The notes below the pieces were generated by a model. It was not told the origin of the DNA and searched no databases. It saw only the letters and a list, made by a program, of their open reading frames with translations. The position numbers and the translations under genes were made by a program. Of a stretch of 64,000 bases of DNA, positions 49,840 through 60,560 are shown in pieces. The stretch covers positions 26,660,001 to 26,724,000 of the forward strand of contig CM068747.1 of NCBI GenBank assembly GCA_035084275.1. The letters are read 5' to 3'. The DNA is from Hydrolagus colliei (lineage: Eukaryota). Every line of letters starts with the position of its first letter. Within the stretch, counting starts at the first letter, position 1.

Positions 49840-50091
49840 AATGATAATAATCTTTGCATTTGATATTGTGCATTTGATATAGAGCCTCGTCGTATCTTCC
49901 AGACGTCTCAAAGCTCGTCACAGAATATACTGTAAAGTGAATTGACTGTATATCTGCGAAACGCGCCAGCCAACTGCGTATAGCAGTGTCCCCCATAAAC
50001 ATTGAAATGGATTGAAATAACTAAAAAAAAAAGAAAATTTTGAGGCGTGTGGGGTAAGGAAACTTGCCCAAGGTTTCGCCCTGACCTGCCT
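49840..50091 (-). mobile_element. SINE lacking most of the tRNA head
   Basis: Tail, core and ggaaacttgcccaaggtttcgccctgacc segment. Confidence 0.8.
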
Positions 50092-50305
50092 ATGTTTGTT
50101 ATTTGCTTCCTCTGCTTCCAGCATTAAGGAGTAAGTATATTTACAGTATATTCTACAGAATTAACAAAGCAGTGAGTTGTTCAGGCAGGTTTGTGTCAGT
50201 GTCATCTCCCACATCCCTGTATCCATCTGATCTGATCCGAATTTATATGAATTGATTGTTTGTTGGGCAAATTTCCAAATTCTGGCTGAGATTTGAAAAT
50301 CACTA

Positions 50306-51260
50306 ATCATAGAATCATAGAATTTTACGGCACAAAAGAAGGTCATTCGGCCCATCTAGTCTGTGCCGGCTCTTTGAAAAGAGCAACTCAATCCCACTGC
50401 CCACCTCTCTCACCATAACCTAACAGACCTAATCTCCCTAAATAAAGATTGAATTCTCTTTTAAAAGCTGTTATTGAATCAGCCTCCACCACCTTTTCAG
50501 GCAATGCATTCCAGACTCGAACAACCCACTGAGTGAAAACATTTCTCCTCAGCTCCCCTCGGCTTCATTTTGAAACTATTTTAAATCTGTGACCACGAGT
50601 CACAGATTCGCCCACCAGTGGGAACAGTTTTTCCTTATTCACTCTGTTGAATCCCCTCATGATTTTATAAAACTATTAGGTCTCCTCTCAACCTTCTTTG
50701 TTCTAAAGAGAATAAAGCTAGCCTATGTAGCCTTTCCTCATAACTGAAGTCCCTCAATCCTGGTACCATTCTAGTAAACCTTCTTTGCACCATTTCCAAT
50801 GCCTTAACATCCTTTCTATAGTGTGGTGACCAGAATTGGACACAGTCCTCCAGCTGAGGCCTATCCCAAATTTTATAGTTAGTCAGCACTTCCTGACTTT
50901 TGTACTCTATACCCCTATTTATAAAGCCTAGCATCCCATATGCCTTCTTAATGGCTTTATCTACCTGTCCTAAGTCACTAACACAAATCCCCAGGTCTCT
51001 CTGTCCCTTCATACCCATTAAAATTGAACTATCTAGCCAATATTGCCGCCCCTCATTTCTTCTCCCAAAATGTATCACCTCACACTTCTCTGCATTAAAC
51101 TTCATCTGCCATGTGTCTGCCCACTTTATCATTTTATCTATATCTTCTTGCAGATGGCTACTGTCCTCCTCACTATTTACTATTCTCCCTAATTTAGTAT
51201 CATCTGCAAACTTGGAAACTGTGCTCCCTACACCCAAGTCCAGATCATTAATATATATTG
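50306..51260 (-). mobile_element. CR1 3' fragment, about 0.95 kb, same family as 38179-41309
   Basis: atcatagaatcatagaattttacgg tail; GVGSTVSKFADDTKLGRIVN...RRLRGDLI peptide with small deletions. Confidence 0.9.
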
Positions 51261-51446
51261 AAAAGTTATCTCTAGTGGCTTATGATGATCCTGTTAAATA
51301 AGTGACCTGCACTTCCTCAAGATGAGACTGAACTAAAGATACTCACTAAACTCCTGTATTCACACCACGTATTGAATCGATCCATCTCATTTCATTCTCT
51401 CCGCATTTTTTTGCTTTAAGGCTTCTTTTTTGTGCGTGGTGTGTGT

Positions 51447-51790
51447 GAGCTCCTGTAGCTCAGTGGTTAGAGCAATCGCCTTACAAGCGTGAGACCTGTG
51501 TTTCGAATCCAGGCAGGTCAGGGCGAAACCTTAGGCAAGTTTCCTTACTCCACACACACACGTGCCTAATAATAATCCGTCCAAAAAAAACATAATAAAA
51601 TTGGTCATTTCAATCCACGACTGTTGTGATTCGCTCACAATTATACAGTCAATTCACTTTACAGTATATTCTGTGGAGCGCTTTGGACGTCAATAAGATG
51701 TGAAAAGTGCTACATCAAAATGCAAGGATTATTATTATGTCTCGAAGAAGTGATAAGATGCTATATCAAATGCAAGTATTATTATCATTA
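51447..51790 (+). mobile_element. tRNA-derived SINE with a short duplicated tail
   Basis: gagctcctgtagctcagtggttagag...tgcaaggattattatt, then gataagatgctatatcaaatgcaagtattatt. Confidence 0.9.
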
Positions 51791-51955
51791 ATTTATCAAC
51801 TATGGTCCCTTTGATACTTCTACACAGCAATTGCGGTAAATATTTACAAGCACAGGTCAGGAAAAGCATTATGCGTGCACCGTTTAAGCGAGAAATGTTT
51901 CTAAGTATTTTTTGAAATGAATTATGTTTAAGAGAATCTCATTTTCCTTTTCCAG

Positions 51956-51977
51956 GCACGAGTTCAATACCAGAAAC
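51956..51977 (+). CDS. MYLK: MYLK coding exon 6, 22-nt microexon (human 19-nt exon 9 equivalent)
   Basis: attttccttttccag|(S)TSSIPE(T)|gtgagt; phase 1 to 2 links 48542 to 52115 in frame. Confidence 0.8.
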
Positions 51978-52114
51978 GTGAGTATGTTCTCCAAGCTGCA
52001 ATTCATAATTGACTTCTCCATCAAATGACTTTTAAAAATGGAGATCGTTTAAGGACTGATAGAATTTTATCCGCAGAAAATTTCTATTAAATTCAGAATT
52101 TTTTTTTGTACCAG

Positions 52115-52947
52115 TTCATCAATGGAGCAAAGAAGGTGCGAAGCCAAAATTGTCGAACCTTTGCAAAGCAAGGTCACAGCTACAAATGGTGTCCATCAGA
52201 CCAAGAGGGTGTCCAGCACTGTCACCATTCAACCCAAAGAAAGCGAGAGAATGCTGAGGGGGATTTCAGTCTCCTCCGTCGAACCAAAGGACAAGACGTA
52301 TGAAGAGACGGCAGCGCTGGTGACGGAAGAAAATAAATCCGGTCAAGGATTGAAGACCGAAGTCAACAAAGGCCAACAACTCAGAGGGCAAAGTACCGTA
52401 AGCCTCCAGCAAACAAAATTGGAGATGAGGAATATCAGAACTGCAATAATGAGCAACACACAGCCAAAATCCTCTACAAGTGATGTAACCACTGACTCAC
52501 AGTCACAACGAGTATGTACTACAACCAGCTCCACGCAACAGAGACCCCCAATTTCTATAACAACCGACGCACAGAAGAAGCCCTCACAAACCGTGACGGC
52601 CGACGCACAACCGAAACACTCCCGAAATGTGATGACGTCCGTCCAGCAGAAAACGCTCAATACTATCACACTTCAGTCACACAGGGTTCGGGAACCCGGT
52701 GAGAAAAAAGATGTTTCAGGGGAACAGGTGGGCGTGTGCAAGACAGTTGTCCCTCAGCGGACCTCCGCGGCTGGTGGGATTGGGCAGCACTTGCACACTG
52801 AGGCAGAGAAAGCTTCACCGCAATTGGAAAGTAGGAAGATCAGCAAAGAGCAAATATCAGTGACCAGAGGGTCCCCCCCTGATTTTGTTCTTCGCCCACA
52901 GAGTCAGACAGCAGCCGAAGGTGAAGAGGTCAAATTCAAATGCAAAA
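52115..52947 (+). CDS. MYLK: MYLK coding exon 7, large linker exon (human exon 10 equivalent) ending in the start of Ig3
   Basis: tttttttgtaccag|, 833 nt open, ends PPDFVLRPQSQTAAEGEEVKFKCK a|gtaagt (human PKFESKPQSQEVKENQTVKFRCE). Confidence 0.9.
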
Positions 52948-52985
52948 GTAAGTCAGGATTATTCCTATTGTTATTATTATAATGT

Positions 52986-53298
52986 GGAGCTCCTGCAGCT
53001 CAGTGGTTAGAGCGCTCGCCTTACAAGCGCGAGACCTGTGTTCGAATCCAGCCAGGTCAGGGCGAAACATTGGGCAAGTTTCCTTACTCCACACACACGC
53101 CTAATAATAATCCGTCCAAAAAAACACAATAATAAAAATTGGTTGTTTCAATCCACGACTGTTTGTGGGACACTGCTGTGCGCAATTGGCTGCCGTGTTT
53201 CACCCACAAATACATGCAGTCAATTCACTTTACACTGTGAAACGTTTGAGACGTCGATAAGATGCGAAGAGCACTACATCAAATGTAAGGATTATTAT
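52986..53298 (+). mobile_element. tRNA-derived SINE, full length
   Basis: Starts about 40 nt after the donor. A box, B box, core and tail present. Confidence 0.9.
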
Positions 53299-53389
53299 AG
53301 CTACTAATGGAAGCCAGTTTGTTATTGTTGTCATGTAAATTACACCATGGTTTAATGTTTAAAAATATATATATTTTTATTACGACTGC

Positions 53390-53609
53390 CATCCCACAGA
53401 CCCTCTGCCTCGCTTCCTCCCTTTCCTCCTTCAAAGCCGGTCTCAAGACCTTCCTCTTTGACTGCGCCTTCTGCTTCTCTCCTAACTCTTCCCCCTCTCC
53501 CACTCTCCTTCCCCTACCCTGTTCTGGTCCCGAACTCACTGTTCAGCGCCTTGGGACGTCCTCCCGATGTTAAAGGCGCTATACAAGTCTAATTTTGTCG
53601 TTGTTGTTT
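53390..53609 (+). mobile_element. L2 3' fragment
   Basis: IPQTLCLASSLSSFKAGLKTFLFDCAF; tail cagcgccttgggacgtcctcccgatgttaaaggcgctatacaag. Confidence 0.9.
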
Positions 53610-53689
53610 GAGTCCTTTTTTTTATATATATATAGAGGTATTGAGGGATGTGGGGCTAGGGTGGGTAAGTAGATTTAAGTTAGAAGTTT

Positions 53690-53990
53690 GAGTTCATCCG
53701 TGGCTAACTAGAGCAGTTAGGGAAAGTATAAAACTAAAAGAAACGACCTATAAAACTGCCCAAAAGAGCAGTAAACCTGAGGACTGTTTTAGGGACCAAC
53801 AAAGAAAAACTAAAAACCTCATTAAGAGTGAGAAAATGGATTATGAGGGCAAGCTAGCTAGGAACATTAAATCAGATTGTAAGTGTTTTCATAAATACAT
53901 TAAGCAAAAGTAAATGTGGGTCCATACAGGCAGGGACAGGAGGAATTGTAATGGAGGATAAAGATATGGCAGAGTCCCTAAATAAATATA
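53690..53990 (+). mobile_element. Internal CR1 ORF2 fragment, another subfamily
   Basis: PWLTRAVRESIKLKE...EKMDYEGKLARNIKSDCKCFHKYIK...EDKDMAESLNKY parallels 39320-39630. Confidence 0.7.
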
Positions 53991-54190
53991 CAGTAAAAAC
54001 CCGTTTATCCGGCACCCAATCAACTGTAACTTCTGTATAACTGGCATCACAAAAAAAAAGGTCCGCATTTGATTAATCGGAATTCATCCGGAAACATACC
54101 ACCTTTTTTGCGTTTTCAGTCGAATATCTGGCACGCTCTTTAACTGGCATTGGCCAGGTCTGAGGCTGCCGGATAACCGGGCTTTTACTA
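53991..54190. mobile_element. 200-bp internally deleted copy of the MITE at 20843-21600
   Basis: TA|cagtaaaaacccgtttatccggcaccc ... gctgccggataaccgggcttttacta. Shares about 110 bp at the left and 70 bp at the right with the long copy. Confidence 0.75.
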
Positions 54191-54284
54191 CACAGAGATG
54201 ATCAAAGAAGCATTGGGGTTAAATGTGTCTTAATGAATAAAACTGTTACGAAATAGAATAGACCACCGTGACTTCTTGTACATA

Positions 54285-54617
54285 AAATAATAATAATATT
54301 AATCCTTGCATTTGATATAGCGCTTGTCACATCTTATCGACGCCTCAAAGCGCTTCACAGAATATACTGTAAAGTGAATTGACTATATATTTGTGGGTGA
54401 AACGTGGCAGCCAATGCACACAGCAGTGTCTCCACAAACAGTTGTGGATTGAAATGACCATTTTTATTAGTGTGATTTTTTTTGTGGGAGGGATTATTAT
54501 TAGGCATGTGTGTGGAACAAGGAAACTTGCCCAAGGTTTCTCCCTGACCTGCCTGGATTCGAAAACAGGTCTCCCGCTTGTAAGGCGAGTGCTCTAACCC
54601 CTGAGCTACAGGAGTTC
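54285..54617 (-). mobile_element. tRNA-derived SINE, full length
   Basis: Complete family match on the minus strand. Confidence 0.9.
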
Positions 54618-54618
54618 A

Positions 54619-54792
54619 CAGAGAGATAGAGAGAGACACACACACAGAGTGAGTGAGACAGGGAGAGAGACACAGATAGAGTTTGACAGTAAGAGACTGA
54701 GAGAGATATGGAGAGAGAGAGACACACAAAGTGATTAAGACAGAGGGAGAGACTGAGAGAGACACGGACACGTGCGCGCGTACACACACACA
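54619..54792. repeat. GA/CA-rich low-complexity tract
   Basis: gagagatagagagagacacacacacagagtgagtgagacagggagagagacac..., ending about 80 nt upstream of the acceptor at 54870. Confidence 0.8.
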
Positions 54793-54870
54793 GCAGGATA
54801 TAAAATGCATATAAACTGAACTTATAATGCGTTCTTCATGGAATGCCATTGCTTTTGATGTGTTGTGCAG

Positions 54871-55074
54871 CTATAGGAAGCCCCAAACCGGAGGTTGAGT
54901 GGACTAAAGATGGCGTTTTCCTGAGAGGAAACGCAGGTGTGGAAGTGTCCGAAGAAAGTGGAGTTCATCACCTCCGCCTTAAACATGTGCGTGTGTCAGA
55001 TAGTGGTTCCTACAGCTGCTCAGCCACAAACAGCAGAGGTCAGGCCTCCACCAGATGGACGCTGACTGTCAGGG
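54871..55074 (+). CDS. MYLK: MYLK coding exon 8 (human exon 11 equivalent), Ig3
   Basis: gttgtgcag|(T)IGSPKPEVEWTKDG...DSGSYSCSATNSRGQASTRWTLTVR g|gtaagt; 204 nt, phase 1 to 1. Confidence 0.95.
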
Positions 55075-56191
55075 GTAAGTTACCTGGGCTGACGCAGCTA
55101 TTTCCCGGGTCAATCCTTGAAAAGAACCTCTGGCAAACGAAGGGATTATTTTCGAGAGTGACTCAGAGAGTGTATCTTTGCCATTCGCAGTTAATGGTGG
55201 GGGGGTGAGGGGAGGTGGGGGTGGGATCCAGACCAGCACGTTGTAAATCCCTTTGGGATATTATTCTTTGCGAAGGCATCCGTGTCAGTGAAGCTGGTTG
55301 CTCTATAATGTCATCAGGAAGGCATTTGTTAAAAGTTCTAGTTCACTGCGTGATCTGACAGTCCCTTAATTTTCACTCTCCTTGCAGTTTCGCGAGTTTT
55401 TGATGAACGCACTTGTATTTGAATTAAAAAAAATGTTGAATTTTTTAAATTTGTTTGGTTTTTGGACATTCTGCCCTCCTGACACAGAGGCCTCTTTCGC
55501 TCTCTGCTCGACTGAGTCTCATTTCATCCAGAGAGGAAAGCGGTACAGTTGCTTCTGTTGCTTGATTTATCATAATCTTCAATAATTTGTAACCTTCCTC
55601 CTTCGACAAGACGGTAAGGCAGTCGTGCCTGCGTTACAATGAGCGAACCTCGTATGTTTTGCCCAGAGTTGAACAATATCACAAGATTTGCACTCGCAAT
55701 GTAGCTGGAGCAGTAAGTCACCGGCTTCTTGTGTCACAATAACTAAGTAATTAGCCTTCACTAGAAAGTGTCCCAAATAGCTGAAGTGAATTTGGCGTTG
55801 GTTTAAAGCGATAAATCAGCACTGCCCGCCAAACTAGTTTGCTGTACTAGTTTGATGGGCGGCAGTGTGCTGTGCCTTAGAGAGAGAAAGAGAGCAAGTT
55901 CATGCCTCCAAATGTGAAACATACTGGAGTTGGAAAAGGCTGCCATCTGCCTTCTCCAACTCCAGGGCCTGTGACTACCAGCCCAAAACAAGCACATTTT
56001 TGTGGGTCTTTTGCAAAGACTATGACAAGAGTATTTTATTTAAACGTACAACAAGCAAATTACAATTGTGTAACGCCTTTCAGTTTAAGAGGACCTGCCG
56101 TCGGATGAAGCACGTTGTTATATTTGACTTTTGTGTTGAAAACTTGTCAGTGCAAATCGATGATGGATTCTTCTTGGTTCGTCTCTTTCAG

Positions 56192-56332
56192 GCTCCAAAG
56201 TTGATGTGCCATTGTTGCCACCGGTGTTCACTAAAGTGCTGAAGGAATGCACAGTGAGCGAGGGTCAAGATTTTGAATTGGAGTGCGCTGTGAAGGGCTC
56301 ACCTGCCCTCCGCCTTACTTGGCTTGTGAATG
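56192..56332 (+). CDS. MYLK: MYLK coding exon 9 (human exon 12 equivalent), start of Ig4
   Basis: ctctttcag|(G)SKVDVPLLPPVFTKVLKECTVSEGQDFELECAVKGSPALRLTWLVN g|gtaaga; 141 nt. Not in the ORF track. Confidence 0.93.
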
Positions 56333-57084
56333 GTAAGAAAAATGTTCTCTGCTCCCTTTCTCAACTGGATTCTTGAACAAAGGCTCAAACATGGACCAGA
56401 TTGAGGAACTCTATGTTTTTGTTAACAGCCGAGTGTCTGACACACTCGGAACCCCATCACCTTGTGCGTTAGATTCTCCAAACCCAACTGAGAATTCCAT
56501 GCATCCCACCTACACATGGAAATCCCAGAGATAGATTGTTCTCTTTCTCTTTCTCCCACTGGAGGACACATCCCTTTACCTAGTTCTGGACAGTATTACA
56601 CGCAGGTTGGGAAGAGCCAAGCTAAGAAGTAAAAGTGGCCAGAATTAATGATTATTCATGTTTGATAATGCAGAATGTATATGTTCGCCAATTACTTTAT
56701 GCAAAATATTTTACATTTTCTGTAAATAACTACTATTCAAATACTACTGAATTTAACATTAGAACAGCTCTTATTTGTTCTGATAAAGTCATTAAAAAAA
56801 ATTAACACCTCAACCTTATTCAAGCTGAACCTGTAGGTAATCTTACATCCAGTACCATCCTAAAATGAGATTTGCTTTGACGTTTATTTATTTTTAATCA
56901 ATCTGCCTACACTTGCAAATAAATACCCATTTATGGAAAGTTAAAAAGTATTGATAAAGTCAAAAAACCACAACGACTTTCTTCCTTTGTGTGTTTAAAT
57001 TAATTTGACTTTCCTCCTTTCTGAAATTTTCTTCCTTTCGATGTTTAATTTAATTTTAATTTGACCCTAAAAACACACCATCCA

Positions 57085-58930
57085 TCAATCCACTTCACAG
57101 TATATTTTGCAAAGCACTTTGAGACATCTCAACATAGTAATAAAACGCTATATCAAATGCAAAGCTTATTATTTATTACTGAATCTCCTGCTGAATGTCC
57201 TTCACAGTGCAGTTCTAAGCTAATTCCAGAAGGCGTCTCTACTCGATTGAAGTATTGGCCACTTTGCAGCCTTTCACAATGTAGTCTTGTAACAAGCAGC
57301 CATATTACAGCTAACCTCTAGATGACCTTGTGAATTTATAAACTTTACAATATGCCACGTTGCAGTTAAGTAGAAATCTCCAAGGGGGTGAATTTTATCA
57401 GCTCTTTGCTTGTCACATTTATCATATTGCTTCTTTTTTTTCCTCTTCCTGCCTCGGTCCCAAGATTAAGAACATTTCTCGTTTTGTTTTGGTAAATTTG
57501 GAAGAAAGCCTCCTATACACTGTGTGAATCGAAGGATGTGAATTTAAATTTTCTGAACCATTTAATATATTTTTGAGAGAATATTGGGCTGTGTGTACAG
57601 CGAGGGGAATAGGTAGTCAATCCACTTCAGCCTCTAGCTCTTGGTTTGCTGTCTATCAGCTGTGTGGAGGAATTGGGTGCATTAATCCCTATGAGTAAAC
57701 TCTTAACAATTTTCAAAAAGAGTAAGGCAGGTTTTTAAATGTAGCCTTCAATTTTGCCAGTGTGCACGGGCTTTGGAATTTTATGTATGTGCTATAAAGT
57801 TATTCAAACTACATTGATGGAGCCCTTTCATGTCGGGAGGACGTCCCAAGGCCCTGGAATATCATTATTATTCATGCTAATTCAGCAACACTAATTAGCC
57901 GACAGAGTCACTAAACTAATTATTCTCAGCTCTGCTTTAACCCTTGAATCCCACATCTATTTTGCATCTCGGTTAAAAAAAATGTTTTTTCTTCGTGTGT
58001 TGGGTAATCAGAAAATAAGCAATTTCCCCCCGAAAGACCAGAATAATAGATTTTCTCTCGAAGGCTGTTTAACAATTTCACCTAATCTCATTCTAACTGC
58101 CCTCTCCTCAAGCTATTAGCTGAGTCTATCTAAATTCCTACTGTAACTGAATCCATCCAATATTTTAAATCTAACAATCTTTAAATAAACACAGCTACCT
58201 TGGGTAATATGCCTTTAATGTCCTGTCAAATACAGATCAGAGCTGCGCTATATTTCTCTATTCCTAAATTCTTAATGGATCACATTATCACTGTTTTGGC
58301 TACCACGTTTTTGGTTGAATGACTCGAATTAATAATATCCACTTTACACTTCAGAGCACTTATTTTCACATTTCAGCGCTTTATGCATAAATTCTTGGAT
58401 TCTAGGGACCATTTCCTTTCACGTCTTTCTGGGATTGCAGTTAAATCATTTTTTGGCATGACTCGACGACTGACTAAATAAATACACATTGAGAGAGGTA
58501 ACAAGGATTCACATTATGCCTGACAGAAATACAATGGGCACAGGCTAAGCAGCTGTGACATTCACAACCAAATAAAGGAAAGACTTGCATTTCAGCTGCC
58601 GAAATATTTTGCAGGTTAGTGCAGACTTGGCATGAGTTAATGGAGCTTTTGCTCCCAATGAAGAGAGTTAAAGACCCTTTGTGAGCTGATGTAGATTAAT
58701 CCGGCATGTAAACACTTAGGTTAGACGATTGTTTTTTTTAACATTGTTATAATTAAAATAACTGAACATAATCCGTGTTTTGGGGATTGAACTTTTGCTC
58801 TTTTATAATAATAATAATCCTCGCATTTGCTATAGCACTTTTCACATCTTATCGACGTCTCAAAGCGCTTCACAGAAGATACTGTCAAGTGAATTGACTG
58901 TATATTTGTGGGCAAAACACGGCAGCCAAT
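57085..58930. mobile_element. Scattered remnants: SINE tail (+, about 57085-57170), L2 tail (-, about 57800-57855), SINE tail (-, about 58805-58930)
   Basis: Family tail motifs at each site. Confidence 0.6.
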
Positions 58931-59789
58931 TGGGGTTGAACCTCTTCCAAGTTCCCCTTTTGTAAACCAAACAACTTGGTGCCAGCGTTTACAATGCCAT
59001 CACGGTATTCACCGTGTCACCCGGCTTGCACCGCAATAAACATTGCCTACTAGCAAATGGATTACGTTGTGTGCGACCAACCACCCCTCCCTGCACAGTT
59101 CACTGACTTTGCCCTGCTGGTATATGAGCCAATACCTCCAGCTGTTGTTGAAACGGTGTTAACAGCTACATCATCAGAGGAAATAATTAAACCTAGCACT
59201 TTTAGGAATTGCTTTACAACTGAGGCACTCGATAAATCCATGGTTTTCTTGACATAAGAAGACGGTGAAAGTCCATTTAACCAAAAAAAACCTACCCCAT
59301 TTATTTCACAGATTCATTCAAAACAAGTCAAAGGAACCAAATCAGATGGAAACGCCCCAACCAGTTTGCACAGATCGATGGGTAACTAGGTTCAGCCTAT
59401 GTGCTAAGGTCTCTAATCCCCTATGCATATTAGGCAAAGTACAGTACAGAAGTGTAAAATGTCACTCATCACAAGAAGATATGCACTTTCAATGCAGTAA
59501 TCTTAGATATTGCCATATCCATTGTTCAGTCCCATACATGGATATAAAATCATTCCTTCGTTCATACCAAATTTGTCTGGGAAATATCCGCTGGTACTTC
59601 AGTGTTTTATACCTAAAGCCTTGATTCAATGGATGCAGTATTTGGTCTGTTTCCATTCGAATCAAAGTTTGCTTTCCTGGGCCTCCCATTGGCAAAATCA
59701 CAATTCGCAGAATATGTAAATTCAAATACATTGTAGTAAGAGATGATATATTTATCCTAATAAATGAGTGGAAATGCTGTGAGGCAGTA

Positions 59790-60098
59790 CTCACTGTAGT
59801 TCAGTGGTTAGAGCACCTGCCTTACAAGACCTGTGTTCGAATCCTGGCAGGTCAGGGCGAAACCTTGGCCAGGTTTCCTTACTCCACACGCCTAATAATA
59901 ATCCGTCCCAAAAAACCCACAATAATAAAAATTGGTCATTTCAATCCACGCCTGTTTGTCGGACGCTGCTGTGCACAAACGGCCGCCAAGTTTCACCCAC
60001 AAATATACAGTCAATTCACTTTACGGTATATTCTGTGAAGCACTTTGAGACGTCGATAAGATGTGAAAAACGCTGCATCAAAATGCAAGGATTATTAC
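59790..60098 (+). mobile_element. tRNA-derived SINE
   Basis: tgtagttcagtggttagagcac...gttcgaatcc...tgcaaggattatt. Confidence 0.88.
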
Positions 60099-60407
60099 TG
60101 GACATCCAATAGATAGTGCTACTTGTGTTTGGAGTCATTTGGGGGGTTTTCAATACATATCAGGTGTAATTCACAACATTGCTTAACATAATTCCTCGAT
60201 ACAGAATCTGAGCTGTGCAAATGGAGGATTCCTTCAGGTGTGTGTCACATTGATGGGTGGTAATTTTGCTTTGATGTGAGCTTCCAAAGGAAAATTTTCG
60301 CACATTGATGAGAAAGGGAAATTCTATCAGAAGAATCTTGCCAGAATAAAGCTAGACTTAGTTATAGCCGGCTACATTCTTCCCTGGATCACACGTTTAA
60401 TGATCAT

Positions 60408-60560
60408 CATAGAATCATAGAATTTTACGGCACAAAAGGAGGCCATTCGGCCAATTGAGTCAGTGCCAGCTCTTTAAAAAGAGCAATTTAATCCCACTCC
60501 CCAGATCTCTCCCCATAACCGCGTAAACCCGTCCTCCCCAAATAAATGTCTACCCCTCTT
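60408..60560 (-). mobile_element. CR1 extreme 3' fragment
   Basis: catcatagaatcatagaattttacggcacaaaaggaggccattcggcc, the same tail as 23460 and 50306. Confidence 0.85.

Noticed and set aside
50293-51270. ttgaaaa on both sides of the CR1 as a target-site duplication
   Set aside because: The left copy is separated from the element tail by about 6 nt, so it is not a clean TSD.
52986-53060. tRNA-Ala/Val-like sequences (A box, B box, anticodon loop; about 12 copies in the window)
   Set aside because: The acceptor stems do not pair, the anticodon varies (TGC, TAC, CGC, TCC), and every copy runs into the same SINE body. These are SINE heads, not tRNA genes.
56927-56936. Perfect CArG box CCATTTATGG as the smooth-muscle MLCK promoter
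   Set aside because: Several such 10-mers are expected by chance in 64 kb at this AT content, and the known short-isoform promoter lies further 3' than the exons in this window.
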